Below, piece after piece: positions 9,790 to 19,466 of a DNA stretch of 64,000 nt. How positions within the stretch are numbered: position 1 is the stretch's first letter; each line of letters opens with the position of its first letter. Source of the DNA: Actinomycetota bacterium (GTDB lineage: Bacteria; Actinomycetota; AC-67); contig DASWIP010000012.1 in assembly GCA_036397635.1 (NCBI GenBank), positions 11,148 to 75,147 of the forward strand. Reading direction: 5' to 3'. The notes under the pieces are model-generated. The model was not told the origin of the DNA. It ran no database searches and saw only the letters and a list, made by a program, of their open reading frames with translations. The translations under genes and the position numbers were made by a program.

Positions 9790-9938
9790 GTGCGCCTGCG
9801 CCACGCCGCAAGAAGCGCGTCCGGCCTGCCCGCAAGATCGTGCCGCGGGGCCAGATGGGGATCGGCTGGATCATCGGCCCGTTGGTGCTCGCCGCGATCA
9901 TCGCGATCCTCGGCGTTGTGTTCCTTTTGAACACATAG
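9786..9938 (+). CDS. Small single-pass membrane protein (about 50 aa) translationally coupled to the carboxyltransferase
   Basis: GTG at 9786 overlaps the TGA of the upstream ORF (GTGA). Basic N-terminus ([11 protein letters not shown]) then one TM helix ([23 protein letters not shown]). The start could instead be the ATG at 9853. Confidence 0.45.
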   Translation: MSAPAPRRKKRVRPARKIVPRGQMGIGWIIGPLVLAAIIAILGVVFLLNT

Positions 9939-10090
9939 CCCTGTTCCCGGCAAAGATCGCGGCACGCTGGGGTAAACTGGGTGCCGTGCGTCGCCGAGGC
10001 TCCCACAGAGATGTTCAATCGACGAGGCACCCCTCCCCCGTGATCCCTCCTTCCCGAACGTTGACATCATCCCTGCAGGAGGTACGGAAG

Positions 10091-11347
10091 GTGACGGAGT
10101 CGACCCCCGCGCGCGGAGCGATCGACCCGCGCGCCGTCGCACGCAACGTGTGGCGCGCGATGCGCCGCCCCGCGACCTACCCCGGCTATCTCAAGGAAGC
10201 GATCTGGGCGAGCGCGAACATCGCGCTGTATCCGGTCGGTTTGCTCTCCGACGCGCTCGAGGTCGCCGACGAGGTTCGCTTCGGTGACCGCTTCTCGTCG
10301 CAGGTTCCGCTCGCATACCTCGATCCGGAAGCGGCATCGACACCGATCGTGCTGCTGCACGGCTACTTCCACAACCGGTCGGCGTTCATGGTCATGCGCC
10401 GGCGCCTGAAGCGCCACGGATTCCGCAACGTCACCACGATGAACTACAACGTGATCGGTCACGACATCCCCGAGCTGGCCGAGCAGCTCTACGCCCACGT
10501 CGAGCAGGTCTGCGAGGCCGCCGGCGCGCACAAGGTGCATCTGATCGGCCATTCGCTCGGTGGGATCGTCGCGCGCTACTACATCCAGGCGATGGCCGGC
10601 TGGGACCGCGTGCACACCTGCATCACGCTGGGATCGCCCCACCAGGGCACCTATGCCGCGTTCATCGGCCGCGGCCGCGCGGCGCGGCAGCTGCGTCCCG
10701 GCTCGATCGTCATCGAGCAGCTCCGCGACACAGCCCGCCCGGTCCTGGTGCGCTTCATCTCGTTCTACTCGAACCTCGACGGCATGGTGCTGCCGCCGGG
10801 GAACGCCAAGATCGCGTCGCCCGAGCTGCACGCGCACAACATCCTGGTCAAAGACCTCGGGCACATGAGCCTGCTGGTCTCCAAGCCGCTGCTTCGCTCG
10901 ATGGCGGAGATCCTGTCGACCATGGATGCGCCGGCGACCGTCGCGGATCTGCCCGACGCGACCGCCGCCTACCCAGGCTCATCGCCCTCGGGGCCCTCCG
11001 GCGCGCCTGTGTCATGGTGGCTCTCCCGGCCCCACGGCTCTTCTCGCTGCTTGCGGATCAGGCGGTCTTCGATCGGCTTGAGCACCAGCAGGGACAACAA
11101 CGCGATCCCGACCGAGACGCCGACGCCGACCCAGAACCCGATCCCGGCCGCGAGCCCGGCTGCCGCGGCCACCCAGAGACCGGCGGCGGTCGTGAGGCCG
11201 CGCACCCGACCCCGGTACCGGATGATCGTGCCCGCACCGAGGAACCCGACCCCGACCACGACCTGCGACGCGACCCGCGTGATATCGGCACGAACGGCCG
11301 CTCCCTGGCCCGAGGATAGAGGGCCCGCCTCGGCCACGATGTCCTGA
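10091..11347 (+). CDS. Alpha/beta-hydrolase, lipase class-2-like (GHSLGG nucleophile elbow) with a long low-complexity C-terminal extension
   Basis: SD AGGAGG (10077-10082) 8 nt before GTG at 10091. Motifs IVLLHGYFHN, HLIGHSLGGIVARYY, ITLGSPHQG. The first in-frame stop is only at 11347; the last 379 nt are antisense to mgtC. Confidence 0.65.
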   Translation: MTESTPARGAIDPRAVARNVWRAMRRPATYPGYLKEAIWASANIALYPVGLLSDALEVADEVRFGDRFSSQVPLAYLDPEAASTPIVLLHGYFHNRSAFMVMRRRLKRHGFRNVTTMNYNVIGHDIPELAEQLYAHVEQVCEAAGAHKVHLIGHSLGGIVARYYIQAMAGWDRVHTCITLGSPHQGTYAAFIGRGRAARQLRPGSIVIEQLRDTARPVLVRFISFYSNLDGMVLPPGNAKIASPELHAHNILVKDLGHMSLLVSKPLLRSMAEILSTMDAPATVADLPDATAAYPGSSPSGPSGAPVSWWLSRPHGSSRCLRIRRSSIGLSTSRDNNAIPTETPTPTQNPIPAASPAAAATQRPAAVVRPRTRPRYRMIVPAPRNPTPTTTCDATRVISARTAAPWPEDRGPASATMS

Positions 11348-11511
11348 AACCCGTAGGCCGAGACCATGGCGAACAACGCCGCCCCGGTTGCGACAAGGAT
11401 GTGCGTCCGCAACCCGGCCGGGCGGTCCCTCAGTTCGCGCTCGAGCCCCAGGATGCCGCCGGCGACCGCGGCCAGCACGAGGCGCAGCGCGACGGTGCCA
11501 TCGTCGATCAC
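10969..11511 (-). CDS. mgtC: MgtC/SapB-family membrane protein
   Basis: GTG start at 11511. ILGLERE, THILVATGAALFAMVS, GVGFLGAGTIIR, TTAAGLWVAAAAGLAAGIGFW are typical MgtC-family segments. Short form with no C-terminal domain. Confidence 0.8.
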   Translation of the reverse strand: MIDDGTVALRLVLAAVAGGILGLERELRDRPAGLRTHILVATGAALFAMVSAYGFQDIVAEAGPLSSGQGAAVRADITRVASQVVVGVGFLGAGTIIRYRGRVRGLTTAAGLWVAAAAGLAAGIGFWVGVGVSVGIALLSLLVLKPIEDRLIRKQREEPWGRESHHDTGAPEGPEGDEPG

Positions 11512-11548
11512 GCGAGCGTCCCACCCTCCGCGGGATGGGCTTCACACC

Positions 11549-12724
11549 TCATGCGTCGGGGAGCCGCAGCCGCCAGCCCGGCATGATCAGGTCGGGCGAG
11601 CGGAACCGCACCCCATCTCCCATCCGTTTGTTGCGGTTGAGGCGCCATATCTCGGTCCAGCGCAGAGGGTCGCCAAGGTGACTCTTCGCGAGCAACCACA
11701 GCGAGTCACCCCGACTGATGACCACGATCGGTGGCAAGGCCGGAACCGCCGGGTCCACCTGTTGCTCGATCGAGGGCTCGGATCCGAGAGCGATCGGGCC
11801 GTCGCCGGTCACAGGCGCGTTGTCCCCCGCTCCCGCAGGCAGGTGGTCCCCCGCGCCCGCGGGCAGCAGCGCCGCGAGCAGCACGACGATGACGGCCGCC
11901 GCCCAGGCGAGGCGCCGGCTGAAGGGGTCTCGCCGCCGTGGCCGCGGGGCGGGGATGATCTCGGTCGTGACGACGACCGGAGGAATCAGGTCAGGCGGTT
12001 CGTCTTCGAGCTGCTCGAGCACCGCCGACACCAGCGGCGCGGTGATCACCAGCGCAGGCGCGACGATGGGAGGCGCCGGCATCGACGCGGACTCGGGGGC
12101 AGGAGGCGCGGACGCTTCGCCGGCCTCGACGGGTGCGAGCAGCGTGCGCACGACAGCCCGAGGCATCCTGGCGGGCATCGTTCGCTGCTCGATGCGCTCA
12201 TCGGCTTCTGACACCAGCCGGGAGCCTGCCGTGCGCAGAGCGCGGCGGACGTCGACGGGCTCGCCCATCGCGCGCACCAGTTGCGCGACCCCGGCCTCGA
12301 CCACCTTCCGTGCTTCCGGTGGTCGGACGCCGAGCACCACGGCGGTGTGCTCGATGCTCTGACCGAGGACGTAGTACAGGGTGAGCGCGGCGCGCTGGCG
12401 GTGACGCAGCGCGGCCAGGGCTGCGAGAACCCGCCACCACCGAGGCCCCTCCGCGGGGACGGTGGCCACGGGCTTGATCGCGGCGGCGTCTGCGCGCGCC
12501 TGCTCGTACGCGAGGCGCAGCGCGGTCTGGACCCCCTCGGGCGCGCGGCCGGCGCGGGTAGCGGCGCGCGCTGCGGTGCGCGCGCGCCCGGCAAGACCGG
12601 CGACCGACGGGTGGGACGGATCGTCGATCCGGCCGAGCAACACGGCCACGAAAGTCTCGACGGGTTCGAAGCTGCGAGCTAGCGGGCTCGCCTCGGGGCG
12701 CACAGAGGCTGCGTCGCCGCGCAT
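11549..12724 (-). CDS. Single-pass membrane protein with a cytoplasmic sigma-70 region-4-like HTH and an extracytoplasmic C-terminal LysM domain
   Basis: ATG at 12724 with SD AAGGAGG. LTLYYVLGQSIEHTAVVLGVRPPEARKVVEAGVAQL resembles sigma70_r4. TM helix LAWAAAVIVVLLAALL. C-terminal VVISRGDSLWLLAKSHLGDPLRWTEIWRLNRN...IMPGWRLRLP resembles LysM. Confidence 0.7.
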   Translation of the reverse strand: MRGDAASVRPEASPLARSFEPVETFVAVLLGRIDDPSHPSVAGLAGRARTAARAATRAGRAPEGVQTALRLAYEQARADAAAIKPVATVPAEGPRWWRVLAALAALRHRQRAALTLYYVLGQSIEHTAVVLGVRPPEARKVVEAGVAQLVRAMGEPVDVRRALRTAGSRLVSEADERIEQRTMPARMPRAVVRTLLAPVEAGEASAPPAPESASMPAPPIVAPALVITAPLVSAVLEQLEDEPPDLIPPVVVTTEIIPAPRPRRRDPFSRRLAWAAAVIVVLLAALLPAGAGDHLPAGAGDNAPVTGDGPIALGSEPSIEQQVDPAVPALPPIVVISRGDSLWLLAKSHLGDPLRWTEIWRLNRNKRMGDGVRFRSPDLIMPGWRLRLPDA

Positions 12725-12889
12725 GGTTCCCTCCTTGGGGATCCGACCGCGGGCAACCGCTTCGCTTCGCTTCTCCCAGACGTGCGCCCCTAGAGCGTTC
12801 TTACGGTAAGCCGGTGCCAGGCGAAGTCAAGCATCCCGGGCGTTCGGGGCGTTCCGGGCGCCGGGCTCAACCGCCCATCGGGCCGGCGT

Positions 12890-15115
12890 TCAGACCTTGC
12901 GCAGCGGCGCGTAGGCGAGCAGGAGACGCTTGGCTCCCTCGTCCTCGAAGTTGACCGTGGCTTCCACGTCGCTGCCGGACCCCGAGACCGCTAGCACGAT
13001 CCCGCGCCCGAAGCGCTCGTGGAAGACCTCCTCACCCACGACCACGCTGAGTGACGGTCCCGGCCCGGCCTTGCCTCGGACGACGGCCTGCTGTCCAGGC
13101 TTGTCGCCGTCACCGTTCGTGGTCATCATGAGCTGCTCGGGGATCTCGCCCAGGAAGCGCGACGGCGGGTTGTAGTTGGTCGAGCCCCACAGGGTCCGGC
13201 ACCAGGCATGGGTCAGGTAGAGCTGCCGTTTCGCCCGGGTGAGGCCGACGTAACACAGGCGGCGTTCCTCTTCGAGCTGCTCGGGGTCGGTCATCGACCG
13301 GATGTGCGGGAAGACCCCCTCCTCGAGCCCGGCCATGAACACCACCGGATACTCGAGGCCCTTCGCGTTGTGCAGGGTCATGAGGGTGACCCGTCCGTCC
13401 TCATCGGTGATCTCGTCGGCCTCCGACACCAGGGAGACCTGCTCGAGGAACCCGCGCGCCCCACCTTCGGGGTTGTCTTCGGCGTAGGCGCGCGCGACCC
13501 CGATCAGCTCGCCGAGGTTCTCGACCCGGCCCTGGGATTCGATCGTTCGCTCGGCCTCCAGCTCGGCCAGGTAGCCCGAGGCTTCCATCGCCTCCGCCAG
13601 AACGTCGGCCGGGTCGGCGGCGCGCTCCGACATCTCGCGGAGTCGGCGCATCAGCGAGCCGAACTCGCCGACCGCGCTGCGCGCTCGCGCGGCCAGCCCG
13701 GTCTCGTCCACCCGGTCCACGGCGTCGGACAGGCTGATCCCCTGCCCGCGCGCGAACCCCTCGAGGTCGGCGACCGTGCGATCCCCGATCCCGCGCTTGG
13801 GCGTGTTGATGACGCGTTTGAGGGAGACCTCATCGGTCGGGTTCACGCTGAGCCGCAGGTAGGCGAGCGCGTCCTTGACCTCCTTGCGGTCGTAGAACTT
13901 CAGCGAGCCGATGATGCGGTAGGGGACCGCGTAGCGGGTGAAGACCTCTTCCAGCGCGCGCGACTGCGCGTTGGTGCGGTAGAAGACCGCGATATCGCCG
14001 TAGGTGAGCTCCTTCTCCTCGCGGAGGCGCTCCGCCTCGCGCGCGACGAACATCGCCTCGTCGGATTCATTCTCGCCCTGGAACCGCAGGATCGGGTCGC
14101 CGGCCCCGGCGTCTGTCCACAGGTTCTTCGGCTTGCGCATCCGATTGCGGGCGATCACTTGGTTGGCCGCCGTCAGGATCGTCTGGGTCGAGCGGTAGTT
14201 CTGCTCGAGCACGATCACGCGCGCGTCGGTGAAGGTTTCCTCGAACCGCAGCACGTTGCGGAAGTCGGCGCCGCGGAACGCGTAGACCGACTGGTCGACG
14301 TCGCCGACCACGCAGATATTCCGATCCCGCCGGGCGAGCAGCTGCGCCAGCTCGAACTGGGCCTGATTGGTGTCCTGGAACTCGTCGATCATCAGGTGCC
14401 GGAACCGGTCCTGATAGGCCGCGAGCACGTCGGGGAACAGCCGGAACAGGTGGACAACGTTGAGGATCAGGTCGTCGAAATCCATCGCGTTCGCGCGGCG
14501 CAGCCGTGCCTGGTATTCGCGGTAGACCTCGGCGATCGTCTTGTCGTAGAAGTTCGACGCGTTCGACGCGTAGGTGTCCTCGTCGAGCATCTCGTCCTTC
14601 GCACGCCCGATCGCCGTTGCCACGCCCCTCGGCGCGAACCGCTTCGTATCCACGTCCAGATCGCGGATGCAGTAGCCGATCAGCCGTTCGGAGTCGGAGG
14701 CGTCGTAGATCGTGAAGCGGTCCGTGTAGCCGAGGCGTTTGGCTTCGCGGCGCAGCAGACGCGCGCAAGCCGAGTGGAACGTCATCACCCACATCGCCCG
14801 TCCGAGCCGCTGTCCGAGCAGCTCTCCCACCCGATCCCGCATCTCGCCTGCCGCCTTGTTCGTGAAGGTGATCGCGAGGATCTGGAACGGGCTCACATCG
14901 CGCTGCTTGATGAGGTACGCGATCCGATGGGTCAGCACGCGCGTCTTGCCGGAGCCGGCGCCGGCGACGATCAGCAGAGGGCCATCGCCGTGCTCGACAG
15001 CCTCGCGCTGCACGGGATTCAATCCTTCGAGCAGCGCCCGGCCGGGCTCCAGGCGCGCGCCAGGGTCAGCGTGTGTGCGCGCGCCAGCATCGGCCGGGAA
15101 GAGAGTGTCGGTCAC
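12890..15115 (-). CDS. pcrA: ATP-dependent DNA helicase PcrA/UvrD
   Basis: 741 aa. Walker A AGAGSGKTRVLTHRIAYL and UvrD family motifs throughout. GTG start. Confidence 0.92.
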   Translation of the reverse strand: MTDTLFPADAGARTHADPGARLEPGRALLEGLNPVQREAVEHGDGPLLIVAGAGSGKTRVLTHRIAYLIKQRDVSPFQILAITFTNKAAGEMRDRVGELLGQRLGRAMWVMTFHSACARLLRREAKRLGYTDRFTIYDASDSERLIGYCIRDLDVDTKRFAPRGVATAIGRAKDEMLDEDTYASNASNFYDKTIAEVYREYQARLRRANAMDFDDLILNVVHLFRLFPDVLAAYQDRFRHLMIDEFQDTNQAQFELAQLLARRDRNICVVGDVDQSVYAFRGADFRNVLRFEETFTDARVIVLEQNYRSTQTILTAANQVIARNRMRKPKNLWTDAGAGDPILRFQGENESDEAMFVAREAERLREEKELTYGDIAVFYRTNAQSRALEEVFTRYAVPYRIIGSLKFYDRKEVKDALAYLRLSVNPTDEVSLKRVINTPKRGIGDRTVADLEGFARGQGISLSDAVDRVDETGLAARARSAVGEFGSLMRRLREMSERAADPADVLAEAMEASGYLAELEAERTIESQGRVENLGELIGVARAYAEDNPEGGARGFLEQVSLVSEADEITDEDGRVTLMTLHNAKGLEYPVVFMAGLEEGVFPHIRSMTDPEQLEEERRLCYVGLTRAKRQLYLTHAWCRTLWGSTNYNPPSRFLGEIPEQLMMTTNGDGDKPGQQAVVRGKAGPGPSLSVVVGEEVFHERFGRGIVLAVSGSGSDVEATVNFEDEGAKRLLLAYAPLRKV

Positions 15116-15148
15116 CCGGCCATTATGGCCGAGGCCCGTGACCCTCGC

Positions 15149-15550
15149 TCAGTCGCGTACCGGTTGGAGGCCGTAGCGTTCCATGCCCGCGACGAAAGTC
15201 ATGATCTTGGTCACCCCGAGCGCGCGCATGAGCGTGATGCTCGTGGCATCCACGTACGACAAGGGATCCTTGACGCCCGTGCCGAGGATCCCGAACGCCT
15301 CCGCTTGCATCGCCTGCGTGACCGGAAGGATCTTGAGCTGGTGTGATGAGCTGATCACGCCGAGCAGCCAGCGCGCAGCCATCGCGCCAACGCGAGGAGC
15401 CAAGAAGTCCCAGAGCCGGCCAAACACCAGGTGCGTGCTGACCCACAGCTCGTTCCCGACCCCGAACGCGAGCAGCTCCACCGCCTCATCGTGGTAGGGA
15501 TCTCGCTCGTTGACCAACGCGATCAGGTACGAGGAGTCGATGAAAATCAC
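15149..15550 (-). CDS. vapC: PIN-domain ribonuclease toxin VapC
   Basis: MIFIDSSYLIAL...D...D PIN signature. GTG start overlaps the vapB TGA stop (GTGA). Confidence 0.85.
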   Translation of the reverse strand: MIFIDSSYLIALVNERDPYHDEAVELLAFGVGNELWVSTHLVFGRLWDFLAPRVGAMAARWLLGVISSSHQLKILPVTQAMQAEAFGILGTGVKDPLSYVDATSITLMRALGVTKIMTFVAGMERYGLQPVRD

Positions 15551-15756
15551 GGAAGCGATGGGTAGAACGAGGCGAGATCGACCGGATCAGTGGGCTCGAA
15601 CGCGACCGAGCCGCAGACCGCATCGATGGGATCTTCATGGGATGGAAGCGGCTCGGGGAGGTGCGAGCGCAACACCCACCGGATCAACGCCGACTTGGTG
15701 AGGTTCTCACGCTGCGCCCACCGGGCTAACGCGAAATCGAGATCCGTGTCGATCAT
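15547..15756 (-). CDS. vapB: Ribbon-helix-helix (CopG/VapB-type) antitoxin
   Basis: MIDTDLDFALARWAQRENLTKSALIRWVL is an RHH fold, with a C-terminal tail for toxin binding. ATG at 15756 (GTG at 15759 also possible). The 126-aa track ORF is over-extended. Confidence 0.75.
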   Translation of the reverse strand: MIDTDLDFALARWAQRENLTKSALIRWVLRSHLPEPLPSHEDPIDAVCGSVAFEPTDPVDLASFYPSLP

Positions 15757-15892
15757 CACGTGGATCCGCCGCGCGCGCCGTGGCCGGCGTTCGCGTCCTA
15801 TCTGACGCATGATCTTGAACAGTGGTGAGTCCGGCGAGATGCCATCGCGCACAACCATTCGTTCCCTCCCCGAGGAAGTGTTCGTGTCGGGA

Positions 15893-15932
15893 AGTGTGTG
15901 CGTGTGCGGCTCGAGCGGCACACGCACACACT
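15893..15932. repeat. Palindromic element copy A: AGTGTGTGCGTGTGC-GGCTCGAGCG-GCACACGCACACACT (15-10-15)
   Basis: Read directly from the sequence: perfect 15-bp inverted arms with a 10-bp spacer. 115 bp 3' of the guaA stop and 137 bp 5' of the vapB start. A second copy is at 24607-24644. Confidence 0.9.
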
Positions 15933-16046
15933 CTTGGAACGAGGATGAGGCCCAGGAGGACGCAGTTCAAGTCCCAGCGACCGGATCGCGGCGAACTGCT
16001 CGATCATGCGTGCGTGCGCGCGAACAAACGCGACGGGTTCGGCCGG

Positions 16047-17591
<1,545 letters not shown>

Positions 17592-17627
17592 GGGCGAAGG
17601 ATACCAGGGGCCGTCCGCCCCTCGGCC

Positions 17628-19460
17628 TCACGCGCCGCTCGCCTGGCCCCCATCACCGAAGGATCTGGGCATGAGCGACCGTCCCGGCTCGGCTGCGGCG
17701 CCCTGCGGCGCAGCGGGAAGGGCCACCGAGAAAGTGCTCCCCTCGGCGGGCGCGCTGTCGAGGGTGATGGTTCCCCCCATCGCGTCCACGAGTTTCTTGA
17801 CGATGAACAGCCCGAGCCCGGCGCCGCCCGTTTCCATCCGCATCGGATCCTCGAGCCGCGTGAACTTCTCGAAGATGGTGCCGTGCTCCTTCTCGGGGAT
17901 ACCACGCCCCTCGTCGCGGACCCGGATGAGGATGCTCGGACCTTCCCGCTCGATCGAGACGTGGACGGGACTGCCCTCCTCGGAGAACTTGACGGCGTTC
18001 GAGACTAGGTGTGCGATGATCTGCTCGATCCGCAGCGGGTCTCCCATCGCGACCGTTCCGTCCGACGCGTCGAGATGGAATTCGCGAAGCGGGTTCGACG
18101 AATCGAAGGGCCGGATGGCCTTGCGCGCGACGTTCGCCATGTCAACCGCCTGGCGACCAACCTCGGGGAGACGCCGCTCGCTCGAATCCCCGATGCGCGA
18201 CGCGAGCAAGAGGTCCTCGACCAGCCTGGCCATGTGGTCGCTGCGGTCGACGATCGACTGAAGCGCCTCACGCCGCCGCTCCAGCGGGATCTCGTCCATC
18301 CGCCGCAGCAGCAGCGTCGCGTACCCTTTTATGGGCGTCAGTGGCGTCCGCAGCTCGTGTGACACGGTGGAAACGAAATCGTCCTTCAGCCGCTCGACCT
18401 CCCGCTGACGCGTGATATCGGCCGCGACGAGCACGTCGAAGGACAAGCGCCCCCGATCGTCGAAGCCCGGCCCGTGCTGCACTCGCAACCATCGAGCCGT
18501 GCCATCCGGGGCGATGACCTGCAGCTCGAGGGGATCGGTCGTCGCCGAGACGTCCAGGGACACCGCGCGCCCGTAGACGTCCTGGCCGCGGAGCAGGAAC
18601 GGCAGCGCCTTGCCCTTGGCTTCCAGCGCGCTGATCCCCGTGATCCGCTCCATCGACGGGCTCCACAACAGCACCGTGCCATCCCCGGATGCGAGCACGA
18701 TCCCCTCGCTGGAATGCTCGAGGATGCGGCTCAGCTTGGTGGTCTCCTCCTCCATCAGGCGCGAGAACTCTTTCTGCTTGACCCAACCCCGGAACGACAG
18801 GTGCAAAGCGATCGCCGGCGCAAGCACCGCGGGGAGTAGCAACGGCCTGGTCAGCCACAAAGTCACGGCCACCATGCCGACCGCGGCGTTTCCCAGGCCC
18901 ATCGCGATCGAGATCGGCGCCTCGCGCCCGAAGACGCGCGCCATCCGCTGATCGGTAGTGGCGGCGATGATCGCGGAGATGGTCAGCAAGTTGCTGAGCG
19001 TGAAGACCACCATGCCGGCGGCGATAGATACCAAGCCGGCCGTCGTCGAGAAGTCATTCTCTCCGACCGCGTGGTACAGCGCGATCGCGGGCACCACCCC
19101 GAGCGCGTACTGCCCGAGGTTGAACGCGAACTTGACCAGCGGTCGTCGCTGGATCAGCAGCGCGAGGGCGAGACCCCCGACGGACACCAGGGCCGCGTAT
19201 GCGGGCGGCAGCAAGACGATGTCGGCGACGACGGCGAGCTCGAACAGCGTGAGCAGCTCACCGGATTCGCCGTGGGTCACTCGGATCGCGACGAGCTCGG
19301 CGACTGTGGTGATACCGAGCAGGATCAGCGCCGTGCGAAGAACGTCTGCGTCAGCGGTTGGCGGGAAGACCAGGGAGACGGCAGCCAACGCAACGGCCCC
19401 CCCAACGGTGATCACACCGATCAGGAGGGGCGTGCGGTCGTTCCATCTCCCCCGGCCCAT
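17628..19460 (-). CDS. Polytopic membrane sensor histidine kinase (multi-TM N-domain, PAS, HisKA, HATPase_c)
   Basis: About 6 hydrophobic helices in the first 230 aa. PAS-like region. H-box FVSTVSHELRTPLTPIKGY. G-box GGAGLGLFIVKKLVDAMGG. ATG at 19460, 6 nt after the subtilase double stop. Confidence 0.88.
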   Translation of the reverse strand: MGRGRWNDRTPLLIGVITVGGAVALAAVSLVFPPTADADVLRTALILLGITTVAELVAIRVTHGESGELLTLFELAVVADIVLLPPAYAALVSVGGLALALLIQRRPLVKFAFNLGQYALGVVPAIALYHAVGENDFSTTAGLVSIAAGMVVFTLSNLLTISAIIAATTDQRMARVFGREAPISIAMGLGNAAVGMVAVTLWLTRPLLLPAVLAPAIALHLSFRGWVKQKEFSRLMEEETTKLSRILEHSSEGIVLASGDGTVLLWSPSMERITGISALEAKGKALPFLLRGQDVYGRAVSLDVSATTDPLELQVIAPDGTARWLRVQHGPGFDDRGRLSFDVLVAADITRQREVERLKDDFVSTVSHELRTPLTPIKGYATLLLRRMDEIPLERRREALQSIVDRSDHMARLVEDLLLASRIGDSSERRLPEVGRQAVDMANVARKAIRPFDSSNPLREFHLDASDGTVAMGDPLRIEQIIAHLVSNAVKFSEEGSPVHVSIEREGPSILIRVRDEGRGIPEKEHGTIFEKFTRLEDPMRMETGGAGLGLFIVKKLVDAMGGTITLDSAPAEGSTFSVALPAAPQGAAAEPGRSLMPRSFGDGGQASGA

Positions 19461-19466
19461 CGCTCA

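Noticed and set aside
7852-9804. 650-aa minus-strand ORF, and the 547-aa ORF 6689..8332
   Set aside because: Only the C-terminal 134 aa (B12 domain) and C-terminal 387 aa (SucC) are real. The upstream parts are Arg/Ala-rich stop-free extensions typical of high-GC DNA and lie antisense to accDA.
10057-10062. TTGACA hexamer upstream of the lipase gene
   Set aside because: Only 14 nt from the SD, so there is no room for a -10 element and transcript start before the RBS. Probably coincidental.
9566-10090. Upstream 175-aa extension of the lipase ORF
   Set aside because: It overlaps the accDA gene and microprotein. A strong AGGAGG SD precedes the GTG at 10091, and the alpha/beta-hydrolase homology begins after that point.
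12725-12889. Short tandem motifs (CGCTT x3; GGGCGTTCS x3) between the LysM gene and pcrA
   Set aside because: Too short and degenerate. Likely low-complexity promoter or terminator DNA.
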